DNA of 45,840 nt from positions 1 through 45,840 of the forward strand of contig CALBVR010000098.1 of assembly GCA_937969565.1 (NCBI GenBank). Direction: 5' to 3'. Shown here piece by piece: positions 15,161 to 26,625 of the stretch. This DNA comes from an uncultured Acidimicrobiales bacterium (GTDB lineage: Bacteria; Actinomycetota; Acidimicrobiia; Acidimicrobiales; SHLQ01). The translations under genes and the position numbers were made by a program. The notes below the pieces were generated by a model, which was not told the DNA's origin, did no database searches, and was given only the letters and a program-made list of their open reading frames with translations. Position 1 is the stretch's first letter, and the number at the start of each line of letters is the position of its first letter.

Positions 15161-15321
15161 TCCGCACCCCACTTCCCTCGCTGCCGCAGCGCGGCTCGCG
15201 CCTGTCCCACCGACGGCGCCCATGAAGTTGGTGTTTGCGAACGTCGCCGGTGTTCGAGCGCGAACCTACCCGCGACGGTGGGGAGAGTGTTAATCGATTT
15301 TCGGGGGTGGCGCGGCGGGGT

Positions 15322-16104
15322 TCAGCTGCCCCGCACGCGGTGGAGGTACGCGGCTGCGGCGGCTTGGCCTTCGGGATCGTGGAGGCCAGCGGCGAGCGCG
15401 TCGGCGTCGGACCACGCACCCATCGTGCCGACCATCCCGGCGGTGACCGCGTTCGTGGCGGACTTGGTCGTCTGCACGGCGTAGGCGGGCTTGGCGGCGA
15501 TGGCCGCTGCGATCTCGTCGACGTGCGCAGTGAGGTCGCCGTCGACGACGTCGTTGAGGAACCCGGCCGCCTTGGCCTCGTCGGCGCCGAACGGCCGACA
15601 GGTCATGACGAGTTCCTTCGTGAGCGCAGGGCCGATCTCCCGGACGAGTCGGGGGATGCCGCCCCAGGCGAGGGGGATGCCCAGGTCGATTTCGGGGATC
15701 GAGAAGCGCGTGCCGGGCGCCGCGTACCGGAGGTCGCAGGCGGCGGCGAGTACCAGGCCGCCGCCCACACAGTGGCCATGGACCTGCGCAATTGCGATCG
15801 CGCGCATCGCCTCAAGGGCGTCGGCCATGCGACGTCCGGCGTCGCCGGCATCGTGGGCCGTGTGGTCGCCACGTCCGTCGTCGGTGAACGAGGACAGGTC
15901 GGCGCCGCTGGAAAAGGCGCGGCCTTCGCCCCGGACGACGACCACCCGGACGTCTCGCTGGCTGTCGAACCATCGGGCTGCCGCTTCCAGATCCAGGAGG
16001 GTCTGGGTCGTGAGTGAATTCAACCGGTCCGGTCGATTGAGCACGATGTCGCCCCGAACACCAGTGGCGGAAACAGCGAATCCTTCGAAGGTGGGAACGG
16101 TCAT
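15322..16104 (-). CDS. Enoyl-CoA hydratase/isomerase (crotonase) family protein
   Basis: 260 aa with RAFSSGADL and QVHGHCVGGGLVLAAACDLRYA oxyanion-hole motifs. AGGAGA RBS. Confidence 0.9.
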   Translation of the reverse strand: MTVPTFEGFAVSATGVRGDIVLNRPDRLNSLTTQTLLDLEAAARWFDSQRDVRVVVVRGEGRAFSSGADLSSFTDDGRGDHTAHDAGDAGRRMADALEAMRAIAIAQVHGHCVGGGLVLAAACDLRYAAPGTRFSIPEIDLGIPLAWGGIPRLVREIGPALTKELVMTCRPFGADEAKAAGFLNDVVDGDLTAHVDEIAAAIAAKPAYAVQTTKSATNAVTAGMVGTMGAWSDADALAAGLHDPEGQAAAAAYLHRVRGS

Positions 16105-16282
16105 CTGGGTATCTCCTGTGCGGGCGGCGGTGACCAGCCTGCCAGACCGCGCGCTCCGTCGTCGGAGTCAAGAACTCGACAAGAAGGACTTGAGTTGCCG
16201 GGCGTGGTGCGCCGTCATCTCCTACGTTCGAGACGTGTGCCGGATGGGCACGTCAGCCGGGGGCGGTGGAAGGAGCGGACCG

Positions 16283-17929
16283 ATGGTCCGGGTCCACGGA
16301 AGAATCATCCCCCTTGTCGCTTCCCTCCTCGGGTTGCTCGGACTCGTGTCGCTCGACGCAATGCGCGGCGCGGATGCGCAACCACTGCACGCGGCCGACC
16401 TGACCGACGAGGTCCTTCGTGATCGGGCGCGCCCGGGGCTTGCCGTGGGAGCCGTCGTGCACGGGTATGACCCGGAATGGCGCATCGATCCCGGACGGAC
16501 CGTCATCGAGGAAGAGATGGCGGCCGTGACCGCAACCGCGTACCTGCCGTGGGGAGGCTGGCCGGACCCGGCCGCTGCTCCCGACACCACCGGCTTCACC
16601 GACGTTGTCGACTGGGCCCGGGAGCGCGACCTGGCCGTGCACGGTCACACGCTCGTGTACCCGCGGGCGAATGCGGAGTCACCGTGGTTCGCCGGTCTCG
16701 AGACCGGACATGAGGCCCGGTTGGAGCAGTGGGTCCGTTCGCTCGCTGGCGCCCGGGCCGGCGAGGTGTGGGTGTGGGATGTGGTGAACGAGGTGATGGC
16801 GGACCCCGGCGACCCATCGGTCGACGGGTGGGGGTTGAAGACCGACTGGCTCGAGTACGAGCACATCGGACCGGACTACGTGGACCGCGCGTTCCATTGG
16901 GCCGCAGACGCCGATCCCAACGCGAAGCTGATCCTCAACGACTACGGCGCCGAAGAACTCAACGAGAAGTCCGATCGGCTGTTGGCCTACGTGATCGAGC
17001 TGCGCGACCGCGGAGTGCCGATCGACGGCGTCGGCTTCCAGATGCACCTCTGGTCGATCGGGGCAGAACCGAACTGGCCAAGCATCCGCGCCAACTTCCA
17101 ACGCTTCGCCGATGCCGGCTTCGAGCTCTACATCACCGAGTTGGACGTGCCGATCGTGCGGACGACGAACGCGGCCGACGGGCCGACGGCGGCACAGCTG
17201 TCCGTCCAGCGAAGCGTGTTCGAGGAGGCGGCCCGGCTCGCGACCGAACAGTCGGCGGTGCAATCGCTGCTGTTGTGGGACCTGACGGACGACCGGTCCT
17301 GGCTGCATCCCACTCGCACCGATCTCGGCGCGGAAACGCCAGTCGGTACGTTCACGTTTCCGACACCGTTCACCGGTGGACGCATCGGCGCTCCCGCAGA
17401 GCCGAAGCCCGCGTGGTGGGGACTTCACGAAGGACTTTCGACCGGTGCCGGGGTGGCCGGCGGCGGTTCATGGGAACTGACGTCGATCCACCGTCCCCGG
17501 AACTCGCTGCTCACTCGGCGCGGGGTCTCGGACGACGGCGCAACCTGGTGGCCGACCGAGGAGGTCGACCGCAGCCGGTCCACCGTTGAATCGAGGAGCT
17601 GGTCGAGCACGAAATGGATGATCGAATCGCAGGCCGACGGCTCCGCGGTCATCGTGAACACCTGGGAACCGGAGACCGGCGTGCTGACCCGTGTGGGTGC
17701 GGGCGTGGCGTTGCGTCCGCCGGACGGTTCGGCCGCGCAGCGGTGGCGAATCGAGCGTGCGGATCGTTCGGTTCGCATCGTGAGCCTGGACGGGCCGGAG
17801 CGAGGCGTGTTGACGAGCGGCAACGGCGGGATCGGCGTTCGTCTCGATGTGGATCGTGGCGTCGTCGCCGACGACCCGGGCAGTTCGGCGGTCTCCCGCC
17901 AGCGCTGGATCCTCAACCCGGCGGAATGA
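16283..17929 (+). CDS. Secreted GH10 endo-1,4-beta-xylanase with C-terminal ricin-type (QxW) lectin domain
   Basis: The track ORF 15491..17929 is over-extended. ATG 16283 has a GGAAGGAG RBS and gives the signal peptide MVRVHGRIIPLVASLLGLLGLVSLDAMRGADA. GH10 motifs WDVVNE (acid/base) and ITELDV (nucleophile) are present. The C-terminus carries QRWRI and QRWIL. Confidence 0.85.
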   Translation: MVRVHGRIIPLVASLLGLLGLVSLDAMRGADAQPLHAADLTDEVLRDRARPGLAVGAVVHGYDPEWRIDPGRTVIEEEMAAVTATAYLPWGGWPDPAAAPDTTGFTDVVDWARERDLAVHGHTLVYPRANAESPWFAGLETGHEARLEQWVRSLAGARAGEVWVWDVVNEVMADPGDPSVDGWGLKTDWLEYEHIGPDYVDRAFHWAADADPNAKLILNDYGAEELNEKSDRLLAYVIELRDRGVPIDGVGFQMHLWSIGAEPNWPSIRANFQRFADAGFELYITELDVPIVRTTNAADGPTAAQLSVQRSVFEEAARLATEQSAVQSLLLWDLTDDRSWLHPTRTDLGAETPVGTFTFPTPFTGGRIGAPAEPKPAWWGLHEGLSTGAGVAGGGSWELTSIHRPRNSLLTRRGVSDDGATWWPTEEVDRSRSTVESRSWSSTKWMIESQADGSAVIVNTWEPETGVLTRVGAGVALRPPDGSAAQRWRIERADRSVRIVSLDGPERGVLTSGNGGIGVRLDVDRGVVADDPGSSAVSRQRWILNPAE

Positions 17930-17944
17930 GGCCGAGCGAGGGCC

Positions 17945-17966
17945 TGTCAGCGCGCGGCCGTAACGT
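17945..17966 (+). promoter_or_regulatory. RecA-independent DNA-damage promoter-like motif TGTCAGCG-N8-TAACGT (leaderless recQ-like gene)
   Basis: Compared with the mycobacterial RecA-NDp/PafBC consensus tTGTCRgtg-N8-TAnnnT, 7 of 8 upstream positions match, the spacing is exact, and the -10 ends 6 nt before the ATG at 17973. Confidence 0.45.
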
Positions 17967-17972
17967 GGCGCC

Positions 17973-20090
17973 ATGTCGTCGACCGGGCTCATCGAGCCGT
18001 CCCGTCCCACCGCTACCGAGGTCGAAGCCGAGTTGGCCGAGCACGTGCGCACGCTCGCCGGCCCGGACGCGGTGCCACGGCCAGAGCAACTCGCCGCCGT
18101 CACCGCGGTGGTGGCGGAGCGACGCCGAACGCTGCTCGTGGCCCGGACCGGCTTCGGCAAGTCCGCCGTCTACTTCTCGGCCACCCGCATGCTCCGCGAC
18201 CGTGGGTGGGGGCCAACCATCGTCGTGTCGCCGTTGCTTGCGCTCATGCGAGATCAGGTGGCTGCTGCGACCCGCTTGGGTTTGGCGGCGTTCACGATCA
18301 ACTCGTCCAACCTGAACGATTGGGACGAGATCGAAGACCGGATCGCGCAAGACCAGGTCGACCTGCTGCTCATCGCACCGGAACGTCTGGCCAATCCCGG
18401 CTTTCGGGAGCGGGTGTTCGGACTGATGTTGTCCCGACCGTTCGCACTGGTGTGCGACGAAGCGCACTGCATTTCCGACTGGGGCCACGACTTCCGACCG
18501 GATTACCTGCGCTTGCGTTCCGTCATCGATGAGCTGCCGGCGTGGGCGCCGGTGTTGGCGACCACGGCCACAGCCAACCAGCGGGTCACGGACGATGTGG
18601 CCAGCCAGCTCGGAGCCGACACGCTGGCGCTGCGAACCACACTCGACCGTGAGTCGCTGCACTGCTCGGTGGTGGAGCTCGCTTCCGATGCCGAGCGGCT
18701 CGCGTGGCTGGCCGACAACCTCGACAACCTTCCCGGGTCCGGGATCATCTACACGCTCACGGTGGACCAGGCCACCACCACCGCCGAGTGGCTCGTTTCG
18801 CAGGGGCATCCTGTGGCGGCCTATTCGGGTTCGACCGCGCCGGAGGACCGGGAACAGCTGGAAGATCGTCTTCGCCGCAACGACCTCAAGGCGCTCGTGG
18901 CCACATCGGCGTTGGGCATGGGGTACGACAAACCGGACCTCGCGTTCTGTGTGCATCTGGGCCTGCCACCGACGCCCGTCGCCTACTACCAGCAGATCGG
19001 TCGTGCCGGCCGTGCAATCGACCGGGCGGTGGTGGTGGCGCTGCCGCGTCCGGTCGAAGACGAACGGATCTGGCGATGGTTCGACTCGGTCAGCCTGCCA
19101 TCCGAGGCCATCTGCCACGAGGTGCTTGCCCAGCTGAGCGAGTCGTCGGCCATGTCGCTCACCCGGCTCGAGGCCAACGTGAACATGGGCCGGTCGCGGC
19201 TCACCACACTCCTCAGCATCCTGGACGTGCAGGGGGCGATTCTGAAGGTGAAGGGCGGCTGGGTTCGGTCGCCCAACGATTGGCAGTACGACGCCGAACT
19301 CGCCGAGCGGCTTCGGGAGCTGCGCGGCGAAGAGGCGGAACAGATGCGCCGTTACGTCGATCCACCCGGCTGTCGTTTGCGCTACCTGCGGGAGCTGCTC
19401 GACGACGCCGGTGCCGACGACTGTGGGCGGTGCGACCGCTGCGGCGACGGTCCGAGCTTCGTTGCGCCGTCTCCGGCTCGGGCGGCCGAAGCACAGGCGC
19501 TGCTCCGAGGCGCCGACATCGGCATCGAACCGCGACGACAATGGGCTCCCGGTCTCGACGAACCGAAGGGTCGGCTCGCACCCGAGGTGCAGGCGCAGTG
19601 GGGTCGGGCGCTGGCCCGCCTCGGCGATGGCGGTTGGGATCCGATCGTCGCCGATCTTCTCGATGGGAAGACCGGAGAGGTCCCGGCCGACCTGGTGCAG
19701 GCGATCGTGGGAATCCTGAAGCGCTGGGACTGGACGGCGCGGCCCACGTGGGTCGCCGCACTGCCGTCCCGCCGGAACGCAACACTCATCGACGCGGTCG
19801 CGGCCGAGATCGGCCGGCTCGGGAAGCTCCCGGTCTTCCATCCGTTCGTACATGATGTCGATGGCGCTGGATTCCAGAGCGACCAGGCCAACAGCGCTTT
19901 TCAGCTCGCCAATGTTTGGGGTCGACTGTCCGTCGATCCGGCCGGCCTCCCAGACGCAGAGGTGCGTCGCGGTCCCGTGTTGCTGGTCGACGACAGCGCC
20001 GACAGCCGCTGGACCCTGACCGTCGCCGCACACCTGCTCACGACGTCTGGAACGGGCCCGGTTCTGCCATTCGTTCTTCGGGCACGCTGA
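17973..20090 (+). CDS. recQ: RecQ-family ATP-dependent DNA helicase with C-terminal PRTase-like (ComF-like) module
   Basis: 705 aa with Walker A ARTGFGKSAVY, DEAHCISDWGHDFRPDY and the Zn motif CRLRYL...CGRCDRC. The tail GPVLLVDDSADSRWTLTVAAHLL resembles a degenerate PRPP loop. Confidence 0.9.
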   Translation: MSSTGLIEPSRPTATEVEAELAEHVRTLAGPDAVPRPEQLAAVTAVVAERRRTLLVARTGFGKSAVYFSATRMLRDRGWGPTIVVSPLLALMRDQVAAATRLGLAAFTINSSNLNDWDEIEDRIAQDQVDLLLIAPERLANPGFRERVFGLMLSRPFALVCDEAHCISDWGHDFRPDYLRLRSVIDELPAWAPVLATTATANQRVTDDVASQLGADTLALRTTLDRESLHCSVVELASDAERLAWLADNLDNLPGSGIIYTLTVDQATTTAEWLVSQGHPVAAYSGSTAPEDREQLEDRLRRNDLKALVATSALGMGYDKPDLAFCVHLGLPPTPVAYYQQIGRAGRAIDRAVVVALPRPVEDERIWRWFDSVSLPSEAICHEVLAQLSESSAMSLTRLEANVNMGRSRLTTLLSILDVQGAILKVKGGWVRSPNDWQYDAELAERLRELRGEEAEQMRRYVDPPGCRLRYLRELLDDAGADDCGRCDRCGDGPSFVAPSPARAAEAQALLRGADIGIEPRRQWAPGLDEPKGRLAPEVQAQWGRALARLGDGGWDPIVADLLDGKTGEVPADLVQAIVGILKRWDWTARPTWVAALPSRRNATLIDAVAAEIGRLGKLPVFHPFVHDVDGAGFQSDQANSAFQLANVWGRLSVDPAGLPDAEVRRGPVLLVDDSADSRWTLTVAAHLLTTSGTGPVLPFVLRAR

Positions 20091-20164
20091 CACCCACAGC
20101 ATCGCAACAGGACCGCAATACGGCAGGCATCAAGTGGTTTTGTGGATGGTCCGAATGAACCGAC

Positions 20165-21724
20165 ATGGTGAAGAAGGCGGCGGAGCGGCCGTCACAATCG
20201 GTGGCGCGCAGCGTTGAACGGACGTCGAGCTTCAACGCGCTCGCGCTCATCCTGTTCTTCGGCTTCACCGGCACGTTGATCTTTGCCATCTTCGAGCAGC
20301 GATCCGCAGTGCGCGAGCAACAGATCGTGTTCGAACAGCGGGCCAATTCGCTGGTGGGTTCGGCTCGGCGGGGCGCCGATGCTCGAGTGAACGAACTGTC
20401 GACGACTGCGAACTTCGTGCGGGAGGCCGGACCGGTTTCGCAGTCGGTCTTTGAGCAGTTCCTGCTGGCCGAGGGTCAGTACACGGCCGACAACCTGACC
20501 GACCCCGGTGCGCTGTTGCTCGAGCCGATGCTGCGCGCCGATCTCGAGACCCGCGTGGAAGCAGAACGGGCGGCGGGCAACGAGGATTTTGCCATCGCGA
20601 GCTTTGCCAGCCGGGCGGATGCCGAGATGCTCGTGGTGACACGATCGGTCGTCGATTCGACTGTGCAGGGCGTCCGGGTCCGCGGTTTGGACATCACACC
20701 GTTCCGCGCCGACATGCTCGGGCCGGCCGACCTGCCCATCTTCGGCGAGACGGTGAACTGGATCGAACCCGTGGCGCTGGTGAGTTCGGTATCCGGCGTC
20801 GACGAATCCGAGCTCGATGGTCGAGGCACGGAGATCTTCGACGTCACGGCGGTGTTGATCCGCCCGGTGGCGCCAGGTGAGCCGAACCGTGGCTGGGTCG
20901 TTCGCTTCGTGAACAGCCAGGACCTCCTCGGCCAGACGCTCGATGTGCTTCCGCCGGGAATGAATGCCCGACTCACCGTGGACCACATCGACCAGGCGGT
21001 GGCCGAGTTCCGAACGCATGGCGAGCTCGAGTGGGCGGATGCGAGTCTGCGAACGAGCGCCTACGTCGAGTTCTCGACGGCGGGTTGGACGATCGAGGTG
21101 TGGGCGGACGACGACTACCTGCATCCGACCGGCCTCTTCGACCAGGCATTCCCCTGGGCATTCGGTGCGTCGCTCACCGCGCTCGCGCTGCTCATCGACA
21201 TGTTCATTCGTCGGGGTCGTCGCCGCCTGTCGACGGCCGAATTCGAACTGGATCATGCGCTCACGCTGGCTTCCACGGATCCGTTGACCGGACTGCTCAA
21301 CCGGCAGGGCCTGATCGATTCTTCTCGTCGGGTCGGTGAGTCGGTTCCGGCGGCCCTCTACTTCGTCGACCTCGACGGGTTCAAGCAGGTCAACGACAGC
21401 GACGGTCATGATGCCGGGGACCGGTTGCTCCAGGAGGTGGCTCGTTCCATCAGTGCCCAGTTCCGGGCCGATGACGTCGTCGCCCGTCTGGGCGGCGACG
21501 AGTTCGTCGTGTTCGTCCTGGGCAACAGCAATCCGCTGCTGCTCCGGACGACCTCGGAGCGGATCGTTCGGGCGGTCTCGTCCGTGGACGAACGAGTCAC
21601 GTGCAGTCTCGGGGTGGCCACGCGAACCGGCGAGGGAGCCGATGTGAAGGAACTGCTTCGCGCAGCGGACGCGGCGATGTACGAGGCCAAGCGTGCCGGC
21701 GGCGACCGCTTCGTGCACGTCTGA
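20165..21724 (+). CDS. Membrane sensor diguanylate cyclase (GGDEF)
   Basis: 519 aa. A ~300-aa extracytoplasmic domain lies between two TM helices. The GGDEF domain follows (LTGLLNRQGL...FVDLDGFKQVND...RLGGDEF) with an RxxD I-site (RADD) 5 residues upstream. Confidence 0.9.
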   Translation: MVKKAAERPSQSVARSVERTSSFNALALILFFGFTGTLIFAIFEQRSAVREQQIVFEQRANSLVGSARRGADARVNELSTTANFVREAGPVSQSVFEQFLLAEGQYTADNLTDPGALLLEPMLRADLETRVEAERAAGNEDFAIASFASRADAEMLVVTRSVVDSTVQGVRVRGLDITPFRADMLGPADLPIFGETVNWIEPVALVSSVSGVDESELDGRGTEIFDVTAVLIRPVAPGEPNRGWVVRFVNSQDLLGQTLDVLPPGMNARLTVDHIDQAVAEFRTHGELEWADASLRTSAYVEFSTAGWTIEVWADDDYLHPTGLFDQAFPWAFGASLTALALLIDMFIRRGRRRLSTAEFELDHALTLASTDPLTGLLNRQGLIDSSRRVGESVPAALYFVDLDGFKQVNDSDGHDAGDRLLQEVARSISAQFRADDVVARLGGDEFVVFVLGNSNPLLLRTTSERIVRAVSSVDERVTCSLGVATRTGEGADVKELLRAADAAMYEAKRAGGDRFVHV

Positions 21725-21750
21725 GGTCCACCTCCTTCGGCGAGGGTCGA

Positions 21751-22605
21751 TCAACGTTGCAGTACGAGTGAGAGTTCGATCGTCGCCGTGTCGCTGACGC
21801 CGGCAACGGCGGGTGCACTTGGGGTGTCGATGTCGAAGTCGGCGAGGGCGACCGTGGTGGAGCCGACGATGACCAGCCGGTCGCCGATGATCGTCGCATC
21901 GAGCGGAAGTTCGTGGGGCTGGACGACGCCGTGAATCACGAACTCGCCAACCGCCGTCAAGGTGACCGCGTCACCTTCGGCGGGGAGTGTCGGCAGCGGG
22001 ATCGGCTCGGTGAGATCGAAGCAGGCGGCGGGGAAACGTCCGGTCTGCAGCGCCTGCGTTTTCATCTGGTCGTCGCGGATGCGGCTGTCGCTCGTGAGCC
22101 AGCTGAGGTTGGCGACGATGGAAGCGTCGGTGAGTGTGGCGTCCTCGATGGTGATCGCCCCGGCAACGCCGGAGGATCTGCCGACCGCGGTGAAGTCGAC
22201 ACCGCTGAGGATCTCGTCGATTCGGTAGCCGATGAAGGTCTGGTCGCCGGTTTCGACGACCCACGTGCCGTCGAGCTCGGCCGCGGAGGTCGGGGCTTCG
22301 CCTACTCCGGTTGCGGCCGGGAAGGTGGTTTCCAACACGCAGCGGCTGTCGGCCTCCGTCTCGGTCTCGCTCTGGGTCTCGTCTTCCGCGGTGCTTTGGG
22401 TCGCGGTGGTGGGCGTCGTTGTGTCGTCGGCGCCTCGCGCGGCGGTGTCGCCGTCCTGCAGTTCGGCTTCTTCGCGGGCGATGGCGGCAACCGTTTCGGC
22501 GAGGCTGACCTCCGCCGGGTCGCTGGAGAACAGCCCGAGCTGCCAGGCGGCAATGCCCAGAAGGATCAGTACCGCGCCACCGCCGAGGAGAAGTGTCCGC
22601 CGCAT
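21751..22605 (-). CDS. YceI-like domain protein with N-terminal membrane anchor and acidic Thr/Glu linker
   Basis: 284 aa. LDGTWVVETGDQTFIGYRIDE...TQALQTGRFPAACF is the YceI pattern. Confidence 0.8.
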   Translation of the reverse strand: MRRTLLLGGGAVLILLGIAAWQLGLFSSDPAEVSLAETVAAIAREEAELQDGDTAARGADDTTTPTTATQSTAEDETQSETETEADSRCVLETTFPAATGVGEAPTSAAELDGTWVVETGDQTFIGYRIDEILSGVDFTAVGRSSGVAGAITIEDATLTDASIVANLSWLTSDSRIRDDQMKTQALQTGRFPAACFDLTEPIPLPTLPAEGDAVTLTAVGEFVIHGVVQPHELPLDATIIGDRLVIVGSTTVALADFDIDTPSAPAVAGVSDTATIELSLVLQR

Positions 22606-22695
22606 GGCTCCACCGTAGGTGCCGGGTGGCGTCGGGGCAGGGCAACCCCCGACCGCTGCGTTGGAGGCCGCAACGGCCGGGGGACCACGGGAGGC

Positions 22696-25062
<2,367 letters not shown>

Positions 25063-25117
25063 CTCGAATCATGAATCGCTGTGTTGATTACATGATTACA
25101 ACGGCGAGGTCGCCCGC

Positions 25118-25768
25118 CTATTCCCGGTCGTTCTCGGAAGATCCGGCGATCCAGCGGAGGATGTCGTAGAGGGCTCCGATGGCGGGGGCGTCGAGGCTGT
25201 CCGCGTCGGCGAGCGGCAGGTCGAAGACGAGGACTTCATGGTCCGTGAGGGACCGGTTTCGGGCGGCGCCGAGTTCGGTGAGCATGGCCCGCATTCGTCG
25301 ATTCTCGGCGAGGGTTTCGAACCGGAGGTACTCGACTCCGGTGTCGATGGCCGTGTGCACGAGCAGGTCGAGGAGCAGTTTGCCGAACCCGTGACCTTGC
25401 ATGTCGTCGACCACGGCCACGGCACCTTCGGCCACCTTCGGGTCGTCCTCCACCATGGCCAAGCGGGCGACGGCGATGCCGCGGCCTTCGTCGGTTCCGA
25501 CGTCGCTGTCGCTGGTTGGGTCGGCGACGACCCAGGCGCGATGTCGGTCGTGGTCGATGTCGACGAGTGACGAGACGAGGTAGTCGCCGAGCCGTTGGCG
25601 CACGGTGAAGAAGCGCAGGTAGCGCGAGCGGGGCGACATCTGGCTGAAGGCGGCTTCAAGCGCGGGTCCGTCGGTGGCCCGGATGGGACGGATGACGAAG
25701 GGGGTGCCGTCGTCGAGCTCGCCGGCCACACCGTCGGGGGAGAGGGGGAGGTCCCAGGTGAGGCGCAT
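25118..25768 (-). CDS. GNAT family N-acetyltransferase (Pat-like GNAT module)
   Basis: 216 aa with SPRSRYLRFF, DHDRHRAWVV and the acetyl-CoA loop QGHGFGKLLL. Confidence 0.85.
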   Translation of the reverse strand: MRLTWDLPLSPDGVAGELDDGTPFVIRPIRATDGPALEAAFSQMSPRSRYLRFFTVRQRLGDYLVSSLVDIDHDRHRAWVVADPTSDSDVGTDEGRGIAVARLAMVEDDPKVAEGAVAVVDDMQGHGFGKLLLDLLVHTAIDTGVEYLRFETLAENRRMRAMLTELGAARNRSLTDHEVLVFDLPLADADSLDAPAIGALYDILRWIAGSSENDRE

Positions 25769-25775
25769 GCCCTCG

Positions 25776-25781
25776 ACCCTA
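25776..25781 (-). promoter_or_regulatory. -10-like TAGGGT, 7 nt before the GNAT ATG
   Basis: The minus-sense sequence reads TAGGGT-cgagggc-ATG. It lies between the DUF2786 stop (25796) and the GNAT start. Confidence 0.3.
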
Positions 25782-25795
25782 GATTGCCGGCCGGG

Positions 25796-26560
25796 TCAGC
25801 GGGGGAGCGAACGACGGCGTCCGCCCATTCGGGAGGTGCCGATGTCGGCGCGTTGGCCGGCGTCGTGCCCGGCGAGCACGCCGTCGTGGTTGGAGACCGA
25901 GGTGCGGAGCGACGTGACGTTGGGGAACCGTTCGCTGACGTCCTGGTCGACGGCCTCGTCGCGCCGAACGAGTACGGGGAGTGCCGAGTCGCCGGTGGGA
26001 GTGGTGGCAACGTCTCGTGCGGTGTCTCGGGCGGCTTCGAGCCGTTCCCGAATGGTCCAGGCGAACTGGTTGAGGAACGACCTCCGGAAGCTCTTCGTTC
26101 GGTTCTCGCCCCAGGCGTTCACCTGTGTGCCGTGCGCCAGCATGACGTTGACAGCTTGGACGAGGAGCGAGGTGAACAGGATTTCGACGAGGTCGAGGTC
26201 GGACTCGTGGCCGACCACCGTGGCCCACTTGCCGTCAACGTCGAAGAGCGAACCGTCGTCGGCCATTCGCATGACGGTCTCCCGCTCCAAACCGAGGATG
26301 GCCCGACAGTTGTTGGCCCGGGCGACGCCGCCGAGGAGCAGGAACTTCTCTTTCGGATACGGGCTCGGAATCTGAATGAGCCTGGTGACGATGCGGCCCC
26401 GGCCCTCGCGCTCCTCGAGCAGCGCCATGTCGATGGCGTGCGAGGCGATGAGCTCCTGGGCCTTGGCCGTGTAGAGGGCCGCTTCCTCGGCGAACTGGGT
26501 GGACTCCGCCTTGGCGAGCAGCGCACGAACCTTCTCAAGAATGCGGTCTCGTTCTTCCAT
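25796..26560 (-). CDS. DUF2786-type protein
   Basis: The track ORF extends to 26746 through an Arg/Pro-rich stretch. The internal ATG 26560 gives MEERDRILEKVRALLAKAESTQFAEEAALYTAKAQELI, the DUF2786 signature as I remember it. Confidence 0.7.
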   Translation of the reverse strand: MEERDRILEKVRALLAKAESTQFAEEAALYTAKAQELIASHAIDMALLEEREGRGRIVTRLIQIPSPYPKEKFLLLGGVARANNCRAILGLERETVMRMADDGSLFDVDGKWATVVGHESDLDLVEILFTSLLVQAVNVMLAHGTQVNAWGENRTKSFRRSFLNQFAWTIRERLEAARDTARDVATTPTGDSALPVLVRRDEAVDQDVSERFPNVTSLRTSVSNHDGVLAGHDAGQRADIGTSRMGGRRRSLPR

Positions 26561-26613
26561 GTCTTCAGCCTCGCGCGGGGGTCTGACACGGAACTCTACG
26601 ACGACGGATCGGT

Positions 26614-26619
26614 TACGGT
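26614..26619 (+). promoter_or_regulatory. -10-like TACGGT, 6 nt before the ATG at 26626
   Basis: TAnnnT-N6-ATG geometry with no SD. Confidence 0.3.
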
Positions 26620-26625
26620 TCCGGC

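Noticed and set aside
16165-16195. GAGTCAAG ... ACTTGAGT, which resembles HspR HAIR half-sites (CTTGAGT-N7-ACTCAAG), upstream of the xylanase and crotonase genes.
   Set aside because: The half-sites are in everted order and 15 nt apart, not in the N7 inverted-repeat arrangement. Neither neighbouring gene is heat-shock related.
15491-16282. The 264-codon N-terminal extension of the GH10 ORF (track ORF 15491..17929).
   Set aside because: The extension is Ala/Ser/Pro/Arg-rich and antisense to the well-supported crotonase gene. A strong RBS plus a signal peptide begin at 16283.
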